Both the position numbers and the translations under genes were made by a program. The notes under the pieces were generated by a model. The model saw only the letters and a list, made by a program, of their open reading frames with translations. It searched no databases and was not told the DNA's origin. This document shows, piece by piece, positions 25,901 to 36,244 of a stretch of 64,000 nt of DNA; positions within the stretch are counted from its first letter, which is position 1; each line of letters begins with the position of its first letter. The stretch spans positions 224,001 to 288,000 of the forward strand of contig JBMNFY010000008.1 in the NCBI GenBank assembly GCA_050949565.1, in the 5' to 3' direction. The DNA comes from Kiritimatiellia bacterium (GTDB lineage Bacteria > Verrucomicrobiota > Kiritimatiellia > RFP12 > UBA1067).

Positions 25901-27683
25901 GATGCTTGCACAACTCCTGCGCCACAGCGTCGCGCATCATGGACTTCGTCCAGTCGTTGCCGCCATTGCGCAGCAGCACACGCTTATAGGCGCCAAACTG
26001 CGGCTGGTCGGGAAAAACCGGATAGGCAAGGGTCGATGCGCCATATTCCGACCGCGCGTAAAGGCGCAACGTTTTCTGCGCCATGGCCCTCGAGTAACCG
26101 CCATGAATACGGAACCCCATGGTCTGACCCACCACGCGCGCCTGATCCACGAACATCTCCACATTCAGCGGATACTCCCAGTCATACCTGTCGGCCGCAT
26201 CAGGATTACCGTAGATACCGGTCTCGCCGAAGATGTTCGTGTGGTCCGACGCAAGGGCAAGCACCGGCACCGTAAACGACGCGGTCTGCGGTCCCACGAA
26301 CCACGTACCGCCGAAAAGCGGCGACGCCATCCAACCGGGGCGTACCGCCACCGCACGCACAATGCACGCCTTGGGTTGCAGGGTTGTCGGCGTGACGTAA
26401 AAAGAGCCGGTATTGATCAAGCAGAGGGCGTTGGTCTCAAGACTGCGGTTGTTGAGGGTAAAGGGGTGGGTGTAACGCAGCGAATTGGTAGTCGGTGTGG
26501 AGCCGTCAGTCGTGTAGTAGATTTCCGCGTCCGGCGTCGCCGTACTCAACGCGAGCAGTGTCGGCCCCGCATAAAAGCCGGGGGGAACCGACGCCGTGAC
26601 CGCGCTGACCACGCCCTCATAGACTTGGTTGGTGTTGTTCGCGAATCCCGGCGTAGGAACCGGCAACACGTGCCAAGCGCCGACGCCATCCGGTGCGCGG
26701 CCAACCGCACAGTCCGACGGCATCACCGGCACCGCTACATGGTCCGCCGTCGTGCCGTTCGGTTGCGTGAGAAAGAGGTCGCAACCGCTGGCACTGATTT
26801 TGAAATTGGTGTGCAGTTCCTTGTCGGTCCCGGCCAAGAAACGGAGGCCCAAGTCAAAAATCGCGTCGCTGGTGGTCGGCTTCGACTGATGCAGACTCAC
26901 CGCGCACACATTGTCGCCCGGTTGCAACAGCGCGAGCACCTGTGCTTTATTGAGCGTGTTGGTCAGCCAACTGCCGTTGTAGTCCACATTGTAACCGTCA
27001 CCCGTATAGGCCGTATAATCGACCGCGCCGGGCGGCATCTTATAGCGGTAAATCTCCTCGCCGTTCAGCCACACCACCGCGCCGTCATCAAAGTGGTGGC
27101 GGATGTTGAGCACACCGACCTCCTCGGCCGAGGGCACGGCATTCAGCGTGAAGGTCCGGCGGAAAAAATAGGCCGGATAAAACTGGGAAGCCGGGCTTCT
27201 GGCCAGCGGCGTGCCATCCGGTACCGACGGATGGCCGAAGCGGGCATTCCCCTGCGGCCAGGCCGAATCGTCGAACGCGAGCGTCTGCCACGCGCCGGCC
27301 GGCACGCTACCGGCGTCCCAATACCGCCATGCGCTGCTCTCCGGGATCAAGATCAGTTCCCCGCCGGCCACCACGTCCGGGCGACGATCTTTCTTGGAGG
27401 CCCACACCAGCAGATGCGCACCCGGACCGAGGCTCACCGACGGGAAGGTCCATAAGAAAGGAGCGGCGGCATCATTCGACATCCCCCATCCAGTCAGCGC
27501 CACCGGGAGGGTGCCGGTATTGACCAGTTCGAACCAATCCGAACTCTCGCCGTCTTCATCCACCAGGCCGGCGTGATTCGAGGCGACAACCTCGTTGATG
27601 CGCACGTCACTCAGCGCAACCCCTGCAATCAGCAACGCCGCCACGAGGCAACCGAGTGTCGTTAAAAGATCGTTCCCCTGCAT
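22905..27683 (-). CDS. CotH kinase-family secreted protein with lamin-tail, Fn3-like and autotransporter-associated beta-strand domains
   Basis: VRINEVVASN..SSDWFELVN; IYYTTDGSTP; FLNGEYWGVHNLRE, NKDWPGNN, WRWLMFDVDFAF; GGLIKEGPG..TYSGSTVIREGVL; ends FFRLRV. Confidence 0.88.
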   Translation of the reverse strand: MQGNDLLTTLGCLVAALLIAGVALSDVRINEVVASNHAGLVDEDGESSDWFELVNTGTLPVALTGWGMSNDAAAPFLWTFPSVSLGPGAHLLVWASKKDRRPDVVAGGELILIPESSAWRYWDAGSVPAGAWQTLAFDDSAWPQGNARFGHPSVPDGTPLARSPASQFYPAYFFRRTFTLNAVPSAEEVGVLNIRHHFDDGAVVWLNGEEIYRYKMPPGAVDYTAYTGDGYNVDYNGSWLTNTLNKAQVLALLQPGDNVCAVSLHQSKPTTSDAIFDLGLRFLAGTDKELHTNFKISASGCDLFLTQPNGTTADHVAVPVMPSDCAVGRAPDGVGAWHVLPVPTPGFANNTNQVYEGVVSAVTASVPPGFYAGPTLLALSTATPDAEIYYTTDGSTPTTNSLRYTHPFTLNNRSLETNALCLINTGSFYVTPTTLQPKACIVRAVAVRPGWMASPLFGGTWFVGPQTASFTVPVLALASDHTNIFGETGIYGNPDAADRYDWEYPLNVEMFVDQARVVGQTMGFRIHGGYSRAMAQKTLRLYARSEYGASTLAYPVFPDQPQFGAYKRVLLRNGGNDWTKSMMRDAVAQELCKHLRHDTQAYRPSVVFLNGEYWGVHNLRERYDARYLERVYGADPEQVDIIGFPYGSSVTVADEGSASDFNALLTWLSTNSLVNAAAYATVTSQVDVANFMDYMLANMFVVNKDWPGNNIKFWRTRTANTAPDAPYAHDARWRWLMFDVDFAFAGWDPDPPDTDMWAWATSTTGSGRVCEAATRLFRRLLENADFRTRMLTRYADQLNTAYQPRRTRALTEQFRDAVAPEMPRHIARWPGAIFSTATWSNQVASIWAYARDRHAWEWRHMCTRFNLSTAEVCVATSDPAHGRVQVNDILVDGDTLGIPDPATPYPWRGWYFREVPVTLRALPRPGYRFAGWIEPGSTNACLSVLPVSAQQTFTARFEPDPNAQAPAVFLPAGEENWDKDACWDSGLFPNWPGARVVIPPPTVPDEDGLPRRNVRIATQPVTVGHVTVDNGTFSNRIRNKKDAPAGATLTFDGGAEAASLTVVGDDVGFTAVEVTRGVVLATDLRVVVSNTVGDAEYGGLRVQAGWSGSGGLIKEGPGRCTMTGGGKTYSGSTVIREGVLSMTQPAAPSAAAGVTIESGGQLCLTSGDPLSGPPRTYAFGGAVTLASAGAAGAAGTGGLRYAPGGVANWAAVPVPVVLTAGDACIAVEDVSGDRLLCNTLVLDGGLWGVSPLMKQGGGRLVVARDAADYEGVVTVAGGGLQVDTAMRGADIAIGDNAWLCGTGCVGSVTGGGWISPGAGGAGRLQAQSVGGGVDFAFRFTTAGDNSAGNDTLELRFSAAPFSKILDADNRIYVYLDVLPPEDGYVLGGFATASSVDFTRWIALASWHFFVLDPYGTEVFEGQTYAPCPVALNLSTVAAGSGRMLKISRPTHGYAAWCAEWFTLAERTDVAVSGPLAVGADGVANLLRYALGAGRTEPITPYLPRLDRVAGALVYAYRTRVDEQAGLSYLVVCTDDLTASAASWLDAQQDTGLTVRLLDPQATEDPAIAITRLEIIPGPSAPVRFFRLRVQQP

Positions 27684-27732
27684 GATGGCTCATCTCACCC
27701 CCTCTCTTCCCCGGGAACGCATGGGGCGCGTA

Positions 27733-28863
27733 TCACGGAGCCTTAAGCGTGAAGCTGAATGTGCTGCCACAACCGGGCTGGCTCTGCGCATCGACCGTAC
27801 CGTCCAGCTTGTCCACGATGCGTTGCACGATAGACAGTCCGAGCCCGTACCCTGCCAAAGAAGTCCCATTGACTTGGTAAAGTGGAGCGAAGATTTTGGG
27901 GAGTTTTTCCTGCGGAATACCGGCACCATTGTCCGAAACCCAGAACCGAACCTCGCCTGCTTCCGTAGACTCGCCCCCAAGGACAAGGCGCGGCGGATTG
28001 CCGCCATACTTGAGTCCGTTGCTGATGTAGTTATACCAAACCTCTTCGACCCAAGCCGCTACGCCGAGCGCACGCGGGAAATGCTCCGGCACCACCACTT
28101 CCGCCTCCCGCTCTTGAATCACATAGTGGAGGCGGTGCAGTACCTCTTTAACGATCGCGCCCATATCCAATTCACTGACCACAACATCTTCCTTGCGGAT
28201 GCTGGCGAACAACAACAAGCTCTTAATGATGTCGCCCATCTTCAGGCCCGCCTTCGCGATCGACAGCAGGTCATTCTTTATCTCCTGCGGCGAAAGGGTC
28301 TCGTAGCTATCCGCCAACGACTCGCTCAATCCGACTATCGGCGTAAGCGCCCCGCTAAGATCATGCGCGACCGTATGCGCGAACGCATCCAGTTCTGCAT
28401 TGCGGGCCTTCAGCTCCATCTCCATCTTTTTTCTGACCGAGATATCGGCCACGATGGCGATACTCAACTCGCAGTGCCCGACGTTGAACGCACACAATCC
28501 GACCTCAACCGGAAACGTCTCCCCGTTCTTCCGCTTGGCGACGAGATCTCTTCCGTGCCCCATCGAACGGGCACGGGGGTTTTTAAAAAAGCTCTCTATG
28601 GCCAGCGCATGGCTCCTATGGAACTTTTCCGGCAGCAGAATATCCAACGGGCGGCCCAACATCTCATCCGCACCGTAGCCGAATATCTCTTTGACGCGGC
28701 GATTCACGAGCACGATACGTCCGCTATGGTCAACAACAACCACGCCCTCGCTCAGCAGTCCAAAAATTGCCTTCGCGTCCACACCACACAGCACTAGCCC
28801 TTTCAGATGGGCGTACTTGTCCGTTTTAACGATCGCTTGCTCAGTCATGTCCACAGCCGTCAT
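27733..28863 (-). CDS. Cytoplasmic PAS-domain sensor histidine kinase (orphan)
   Basis: PAS (RKNGETFPVEVGL), H-box FAHTVAHDL, N-box NYISNGLKY, DNGAGI, GLGLSIV. Confidence 0.93.
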   Translation of the reverse strand: MTAVDMTEQAIVKTDKYAHLKGLVLCGVDAKAIFGLLSEGVVVVDHSGRIVLVNRRVKEIFGYGADEMLGRPLDILLPEKFHRSHALAIESFFKNPRARSMGHGRDLVAKRKNGETFPVEVGLCAFNVGHCELSIAIVADISVRKKMEMELKARNAELDAFAHTVAHDLSGALTPIVGLSESLADSYETLSPQEIKNDLLSIAKAGLKMGDIIKSLLLFASIRKEDVVVSELDMGAIVKEVLHRLHYVIQEREAEVVVPEHFPRALGVAAWVEEVWYNYISNGLKYGGNPPRLVLGGESTEAGEVRFWVSDNGAGIPQEKLPKIFAPLYQVNGTSLAGYGLGLSIVQRIVDKLDGTVDAQSQPGCGSTFSFTLKAP

Positions 28864-29035
28864 TTCATCCCCTCAAGTGCGTAAATCATATCGCATCTTA
28901 TAAGCAAACGTCAACAAGACGGGGCTTGCGAAACACTTGGGAAAAGAGTACTGTTGAGACGATGTGAAGTCTGCCGTGCGTTTGGTTGGCGTAACGGAGA
29001 TCTCTCACAAGTTTACTTTAAGTAAGGAGTCACGC

Positions 29036-32000
29036 ATGACGCCCCGATATAACGCTTTGACGCTCGTTTTCGGTTTCGTTCTATTCACCGGGTTCGTGAC
29101 AGCCCAGCCAACACCGATCCGCATCATGCCGCTTGGTGACTCCATCACCCACGGCACGCCGGTCGCCGGCGGATACCGGCTCCCGCTTTACCACATGCTC
29201 ACGAATGCGTCTTATATCGTCGACTATGTCGGAACCTCGACCGCCAACCCTTCACCCGACCTGCCGGAAATCAACCACGAAGGACATGGCGGCTGGAGAA
29301 TTTCCGACCCATCGCTCGGCCTTTACGAGAACATCTTCGGCTGGTTCGAGACCATCGAAGACCCGCACGCGGTCCTCCTGCACATCGGCACCAATGACTC
29401 AGGCGGCGGCACGCGGTTCACGAATGCCGTCGACCGCCTTGACGCTCTCATCACGCGCATCGCGCTCTGCCAGCCGAGCGCGCATATCATCGTCACCACC
29501 CTCATGAAGCGCGGCGAGCCGAACTACACCGCCATCACCAACTGGTTCAACCCGTTCGTTCCGACTAAGGTCGCCGCCCAGCAGGCTCTGGGACGCCGCG
29601 TCCATTTTCTCGACATGCACGCCTATCTCGAGTTGAGCGACATGGCGGACAATCTGCATCCCAACGCTGTCGGCTACCAGAAAATGGCCAACGCCTGGTT
29701 CCCGGCCATCACCAACATCATCGGCACCTCGCCCGCACCCAATCAGCCCGCACCCATCCGCGCCCTCGGCACCGTGGCCAACAGGGGCGCAGCGACCATT
29801 ACCTTCAACAAGCCCCTCTCGCTCGACAGCGCCACCAACACGGCGAACTACGCCATCGACCAAGGTCTGACCGTCACGTCCGCGACGCTGGACGCCAACC
29901 TGCGGACGGTCACGCTCGCCACCTCACAGCAGGCTCCGCAGACCACCTACACCGTCACGCTCAATAACATCCAGGACCGAACCGAGCCCGCCGCACTGAC
30001 AATCCCGGCCAACAGCCAAGTGACTTTCACCTCGCCCGCGCCCCCCGCCCTGCTCAGTGCGTCCGGTCGCTCCAACCGGACGCAGATCGATGTCGTGTTC
30101 AGCAAACCGATGTCCCCCAGCAGTGCCACCAACATCGCTCACTACACGCTCAGTGGCGGCCTCACGCTCCACTCAGCCACAATCAGTGGCGATCATCTGA
30201 CCGTCACCCTAGTCACCTCGAAACAGACGGAAGGCGCGTCTTACACCGTCACCGCCAGCGACATCGACGACGAGAGCACGCCGACGCCGTTCACGATCCC
30301 GGCCAACAGCCAAGTCACGTTCACCGCATACAAGCCACCCATGCCCCGCGGCTACTGGAACTACGTGCCTTAATCCGCCGCCTACGCGCTGGTCTACAAG
30401 CTCGATCTCGCCACCCAACCGAACTACAGTTCCATCGTCCCCTATGCATTCGATTACAGCGCGGATGTCGGCAGTTTTGATCGCGTGGCCTATTACCTCG
30501 AACTCCAGCGGCAGCCCGAGGACGACCTCCAGTACGTGTGGGTCTCCATGGATGCCTTCACCAATCGCGCCGACAAACTCGGCATCCCGAACCTCGCCTC
30601 CGGCGTGGTGTATCAGCAGTTTGTAAGCAATCTGCACGTTGTCTGCAATGTGGACGGCGTCGTAACCGGCGACATCTCCTCCGGTAACATCGAGTTCTGG
30701 CCCTACAATTACACCTCGGGCAATAAGCTCGGCCTCCCCGGCGCAAACTCCAGCAAATATGATTTCGATGACACCTGTTCGTTCAGTGCCAACTACAGTT
30801 GCATGCAGGTGCACAACTACAATGCGCGCCAGACCCTCTTCGCGATCAACCACTGGAGTTCAGGCGACGTGATTGATATCGGCATCGGCAACCGTCCGAC
30901 AGACCATCCCGACTGGACCTTCAGCGGTAACGGCGGCGATTTCACCGTCAAGACGCTCTACGTGCTGGTCCGCCGCGACGCGAGCGACACCACCCCGCCG
31001 GTGCCGTTATCGGCGCAGGCCGACTTCTCGCGCCGACTCGTGACCGTCAGCTTCTCCGAACTGCTGGCCCCATCTTCCGCTGACCCGCGCCTCTTCACGC
31101 TCGATCACGGTGTCGCGATATTCGACGCCACCCTTGAGGCTGACTTCCGGACAATCAGACTGCTGACTTCGCAACAGCCCGCCGATGTCGCGCTGACACT
31201 TACGATCACCGGTGTCCGTGACGCATCGCCCAACGCCAATGCGGTGGCCCCCGGCACTGCGCTCCCAGTAGCGGCCCCCGCCCTGCCCCCGGAGATCATC
31301 ACGAACATCGGCACCAACGCCGGCGACTTTGCGAGCGGCTACGAATGCGTCTACACGCTCGATATTCCCGTCATCGGCAACTTCAATGCCGCCGCTGACC
31401 CGTACCGCGTCAACCGCGCGCGTACAGCACCGGTGATTGATACGTTCGACCGTATCGCCTATTACCTTGAACTGGCCAAAAAGGACGGTACCGTCCAATA
31501 CCTCTGGGCGTCGATGGACGCCTTCACGACCGACCGCACAAAAATCGCCGTGCCGACCCTGGCCTCCGGCGCGATCTTCCAGCAGCCGGTCTCCAACCTC
31601 GACGTCAAGTCCAACGTTGACGGCATCGTCAACGGCAGCGGTATGGCCGGCGGCAACCTTGAGTTCTGGCCCCATAACTACAGCGCCACCAACGCGGCCG
31701 CTGTCCCCGGTGCCAGTGACACCACCTACGACTTCGGCGACCGCCGTGACCCCGGCGGACACGGCTCCATGCAGCTTCACAATTCAGCCGCCGCGCAGAC
31801 GCTCTTCGCCATGAACAATTGGGGCGTCGACGGTAACACGCTTGCGCTCGGCATCGGCAACCGCCCCACCAGCCACCCCGACTGGACCTTCGCGAGCAAC
31901 GCTGGTAGCGACTACACGCGCCGCACCATGCATGTGCTGGTGCGTCCCACTGCCGCTCCGCCCCTGCCGCAACCTGTCGCGGAAAATGTGCCCGATGCTC

Positions 32001-33901
32001 AAGGATATCGGCACGTGTACACCTTTGACCTGCCGGTCTGCGGCAGCTTCTTCACTTCGGCATCGACTTACACCGTGTTCGCCGACACCAACAACCTTCC
32101 GCCCTACTCGCGCGTGGCCTATTACCTCGAACTCCAAGCCGGCACCGCGCCGACACAGTGGATCTGGACCGCCATGGATGCCTTCACCGACGACCCCTCA
32201 AAGATCGGACTCCCCGGCACCAACTGCTTCTTCCAGACGCGTGTCACGCGTCTGGATGTGCGCTCCAACGTGGGCGGCATCGTCACCGGCACCGATATCG
32301 ACACCGGCAACATCGAGTTCTGGCCCAGCAATTACGGAAAAGGAAACTCGATCGGCATTCCGAGCGCCAGCAACTCGACTTACGATTTCGGCGACGGCAG
32401 TGCCAACGGCAGCCAGAACGGTCATGGCTCCATGCAGGTCCACAATCACGGCGCAGGTGCCGCCCAGACACTCTTTGCCCTCAGCAATTTCAACAATAAC
32501 AACCTGCTCAGCATCGGCATCGGCAACCGACCGACCGGCGACCCCGACTGGACCTTCGCCTACAACGCGGAATCGTACAACCACCGCCGACTCTACGTGT
32601 TTGTGCTGTGCGCGGGCAGCACCGCCGACCTGACGCGCCCGACCCTGCTCAACGCCACAGCTTCGCTCACGCTCGACCAGATCGCGCTCGGCTTCAACGA
32701 GCCGCTGGCCGACAGTTCAGCCACGCCAACGTTCTTCACCGTTTCACCCGACGTGACGGTGCTCGATGCCTGGCTGAGTCCCAACAAGAGGGATGTGATC
32801 CTGCGAACCTCGCCGCTGACCGCCGGCCAGCTCTACTCAGTCTCCGTCACCGGCGTGCGCGACCGCTCCTTCAACGCCAATCCGGTCGCCCCCGGCACCG
32901 CCCTCTCGTTCCGCGCACCCGTCCCCTATCCGATCGGCCCGCTCGCCGACATCCCCGAGTATGGCGACTACGAACTTGTCTCCTACCTTCCCGTCAGCAA
33001 CACGGTCAGTTACGTCAACGGCGCGAACTACTTGGTTGACGAGAGTCGTTTCCAGCAGATCCAGCCCTTCGACCGCGTCGCTTATTGCATGAACCTAGTC
33101 GATACAAACGGGGTCCACAAATGGGTCTGGGTCTCCATGGATGCCTACACCAACGACCTGTCGATGATCGGTGTGCCAACCGCCGACCGTGGTGCCCGCC
33201 TGCAACAGTACGTCAGCAACCTCACGGTCTACGCGTCCGCCAATGTCGCCGACATCAGTGTCAGTACCGGCACAGGCATCCTCGCCGGCAACATCGAGTT
33301 CTGGCCGAACAACTACGGGGCGGGCAACGCCCTCAATATCCCGGGCGCAAGCGGCAGTCGCTATGATTGGGGCGACACCATCGACGCCATCACGACGGTC
33401 GGCCACGGCTCCATGCAGGTCCACAATTTCGCTCAAGGCCAGACGATCTTCTCGATGGTCAGCTTCGGCTCGAACAACCGGACGCCCGGCCTCGGTATCG
33501 GCAACAAGCCGAATGCCTCAAACGATCCCGACTGGACCTTCACCTACAACGCGCGCGAGTTCACCACCAAGGACATCTACATCCTTGCCCGTCGCGGTGT
33601 GCCAGCCACCCCGACCGGAACGCGCCCGGGTATCTGGAACCAGCCGCGTTCCCTAAAAATACGTATAGGTGAAGATGCCCTGTTCAGCGTTTTCTCCCCG
33701 AATGCCACGGGCTTCCAATGGCGGCACAATGGCACGGCCATCCCCGGCGCCACAGCCTCTTGGCTGTTACTCAACGATGTGAAAAAAGCCACTGCGGGCA
33801 GTTATGACGTGGTAGTCTACGGCACCGGCTCGCAAGCGATCCTCAGCCAAAGCGCCACATTGACCGTCATCCACGGCGGCACAGTCATGTGGCTCAAGTA
33901 A
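29036..33901 (+). pseudogene. Secreted SGNH/GDSL esterase + Ig-like + four ~190-aa repeat domains, interrupted by in-frame TAA at 30371-30373
   Basis: IMPLGDSIT, HEGHGG, IGTND, DNLHPN; ORFs 28964..30373 and 30485..33901 share a frame and the domain continues across the stop (NYVP*SAAYALVYKLD). Confidence 0.8.
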
Positions 33902-33964
33902 CGGTTGGCGACGATAAGCGGTACTCCGCGCGATGTCGCTTTAACGCGGGATTAGCGGTTAGGA

Positions 33965-34088
33965 GTTGAGCGTTCTGCGTTCGACGTTCGGCGTTCATGG
34001 GGCGCGGCGTAACCGCTACCGGGCAAGTGACACTTGCCCCTCCCGGTGCTCCGCAAACTTATTACATCTTACCTATTACTTATTACCT
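33965..34088. repeat. Repeat cluster between convergent genes (GCGTTC heptamers, GGAG-REP, TTATTAC heptamers)
   Basis: TTGAGCGTTCTGCGTTCGACGTTCGGCGTTCA; GGGCAAGTGACACTTGCCCCTCC; ACTTATTACATCTTACCTATTACTTATTACC. Confidence 0.75.
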
Positions 34089-35883
34089 CCATGCGCGCCA
34101 GGCTGTCAGACAGCCCGCCTTCGCGGTTGCGCAGGCGCCAGACCGCCGCATGCGCCGCCATCAGCGTCTCCTGTTCCGCCGCGAGCGACGCCTGCGTCGT
34201 GGGTGTGTCGATCGTGCCGTCCAGCAGCGCAATCCCACGGTGACACGCGGCACGCAGCAGCCGGATCACGTGACGGACCTCCTGCCCGACGACCGATGTC
34301 CGCTCCGCAGGCAGTCCGCGCTCAATACCGTCAATCGCGCCGAGGACATCCCGCAGCGTTTCTGTCGTGATCCCGGCAGGCAAGGCGCGCCCGCGCGGCT
34401 TGGCAAGCAGCAGGAACAGCTCGCTGGCGTTGCCGCGTAACGCGCCGCACCGCAAGTAGAGATCGCCCAGCCGCAGCAGCGCATCGCCATACCCCTGCGC
34501 ACCGCCGAAACGATCCATCGCCTGCGCGAGATCCAGATCCCGGTTGCGCGCGCCGCCCCACGCCAGCGCCGCGCCATACGTATAGCCGGCGAAGCTCACC
34601 GCCAGCGGCTGCCAGTGACCGCCGTCGCCCCAGTCTGTGATCAGATAGCCGCAGGCACCGTGGCGCAACCCGTTCTCGGCCGCGACCGCGAGATTCGCGC
34701 GCATGTTGGTCATGCGACCGGCCAGACTGTTCCATGACGACGTGCCGGGACACACGTAAAACGACAGCCCCGACGCAGCGAACAGCGCCCCGTGCTCGTC
34801 AAACGGATGATCGGCCTCATACCCCCACTCCAGCGCTAGCGCGTCGCGCGGCACCTCGCGCACCAGCTCAGGATGACGCATGATGATGTCGCCCCAAAAG
34901 GCCATGCGCCGCCCGCGTGCGGTGACTCGCGCGTGAATCTCCTTGAGAAAGTCCAGATACACGCGCCCCTCGCCGTGCTCACGTACTTGCGCCGCCGAAC
35001 GGCCTTCACCGCGCAAGTCGAAGGTCTCGTCGCAGCCGACATTGAACAGCCGTGAGGTGAAGTTCGGCAGCAGTTGGTCATACAGATTCTCAAGCAGGGC
35101 GAGACTGCGCGGGTCGGTCGGACAGAGCGATGTTGGCCGTTCGTGTACGCCGCCCCACGGCAGCGGCGCGCCGCCCTGCGGCAGTTCGGCCAGCGGCGCG
35201 TAACGCGGCAACGCAAGCCAGCGCTCCAGATGCCCGAACGAATTCTGATTCGGCACCAGCTCCACACACCGCTCAATGCAATAGGCATCCAACTCGCGGA
35301 TCTCCTCTGGCGTCATCGGACTCGCGTCGCGCCAGACCTCCTCGTGACCGCGATAGGCGAACGTGTGTTCGGTGTAGAGTTGAAGCTGATTGATCTTGAG
35401 CGTAGCCAGCCGATCCACAAGTTCAAACAGCGTCGCCATCGTCGGCACCTTGTCGCGACTGATGTCGAGCATCACGCCGCGCGCCTCAAAGTCCGGTGCG
35501 TCCTCAATCTCACAAACCGGCAGCGCACCACCCGACAACGCGACAAGCTGTGCCAAGGTCACGGCCGCATAAAAAAGACCCGCGCAATCCTGCGCTTCGG
35601 CTTCAACGCCTGCGGGCGTGACGCATAACCGATAGGACTGCGCCCCGGCCACATGCGGCACCAGATTAAATCGGATGCAGGCACACTCAGCGGGCGGGGA
35701 CGTCTGCGCTCCCGACTCCCGCCAGCCCGACCCCAAGGTGCGCCGGAGCACACGCGACGCAGGACGCGCGACATCCGCCGCCGCATCAACCGAGAACATG
35801 CCCGCCCCATCAACGCGCAATTCCCCCTCACCCAGAACGACCCGCCTTGGACGCGGCACCAATCTTTCTATCTGAACATGCAC
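34069..35883 (-). CDS. GH20-family beta-N-acetylhexosaminidase-like protein
   Basis: IEDAPDFEARGVMLDISRDKVP, NQLQLYTEHTF, catalytic FNVGCDETFDL; start GTG with AGGTG RBS. Confidence 0.88.
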   Translation of the reverse strand: MHVQIERLVPRPRRVVLGEGELRVDGAGMFSVDAAADVARPASRVLRRTLGSGWRESGAQTSPPAECACIRFNLVPHVAGAQSYRLCVTPAGVEAEAQDCAGLFYAAVTLAQLVALSGGALPVCEIEDAPDFEARGVMLDISRDKVPTMATLFELVDRLATLKINQLQLYTEHTFAYRGHEEVWRDASPMTPEEIRELDAYCIERCVELVPNQNSFGHLERWLALPRYAPLAELPQGGAPLPWGGVHERPTSLCPTDPRSLALLENLYDQLLPNFTSRLFNVGCDETFDLRGEGRSAAQVREHGEGRVYLDFLKEIHARVTARGRRMAFWGDIIMRHPELVREVPRDALALEWGYEADHPFDEHGALFAASGLSFYVCPGTSSWNSLAGRMTNMRANLAVAAENGLRHGACGYLITDWGDGGHWQPLAVSFAGYTYGAALAWGGARNRDLDLAQAMDRFGGAQGYGDALLRLGDLYLRCGALRGNASELFLLLAKPRGRALPAGITTETLRDVLGAIDGIERGLPAERTSVVGQEVRHVIRLLRAACHRGIALLDGTIDTPTTQASLAAEQETLMAAHAAVWRLRNREGGLSDSLARMEVISNR

Positions 35884-35898
35884 GTTATCACCTATTTC

Positions 35899-35940
35899 TT
35901 CCGCGCAGCGGAAGGCGGCTCGTGGGGACACTCGCCCTCC
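35899..35940 (-). repeat. GGAG-REP plus TTCCGC..GCGGAA hairpin, same module as ~11603-11647
   Basis: GGCTCGTGGGGACACTCGCCCTCC at 35917-35940. Confidence 0.8.
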
Positions 35941-36020
35941 ATTGCTTCGCTCCGACGGCTCTCGCTCTCCACTACCGCCCCCACTCATGTCAATCATGTC
36001 AGAAAAACTCAACCGGGCTA

Positions 36021-36049
36021 TTGACCCGCCACACAGAAATCGATACATT
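36021..36049 (+). promoter_or_regulatory. Putative sigma70 promoter of the tRNA pair
   Basis: TTGACC-N17-TACATT, 14 nt upstream of tRNA-Gly. Confidence 0.6.
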
Positions 36050-36063
36050 AGCTTAATACATCT

Positions 36064-36137
36064 GCGGGCGTAGCTCAATGGTAGAGCCCCAGCCTTCCAA
36101 GCTGGTTACGAGGGTTCGATTCCCTTCGCCCGCTCCA
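36064..36137 (+). tRNA. tRNA-Gly (TCC)
   Basis: GCGGGCG acceptor stem, anticodon arm CCAGC-CTTCCAA-GCTGG, GGTTCGATTCC, CCA end. Confidence 0.97.
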
Positions 36138-36142
36138 TCCGT

Positions 36143-36228
36143 GCCAGGGTGGCGAAATGGCATACGCAGCAGACTCAAAATCTGCCGGTGGCGACACCGT
36201 GAGGGTTCGACTCCCTCTCCTGGCACCA
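36143..36228 (+). tRNA. tRNA-Leu (CAA)
   Basis: GCAGA-CTCAAAA-TCTGC anticodon arm, long variable arm, GGTTCGACTCC, CCA end. Confidence 0.97.
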
Positions 36229-36244
36229 TCTACACTCCACTGCC

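Noticed and set aside
24609-27455. 948-aa plus-strand ORF and other long antisense ORFs (1288-2955, 27595-28797, 46683-47864)
   Set aside because: Shadow ORFs opposite well-supported genes in GC-rich DNA.
30371-30373. Stop-codon reassignment or Sec/Pyl recoding
   Set aside because: The codon is TAA, it occurs once, and TAA terminates other genes normally (efp, aspS).
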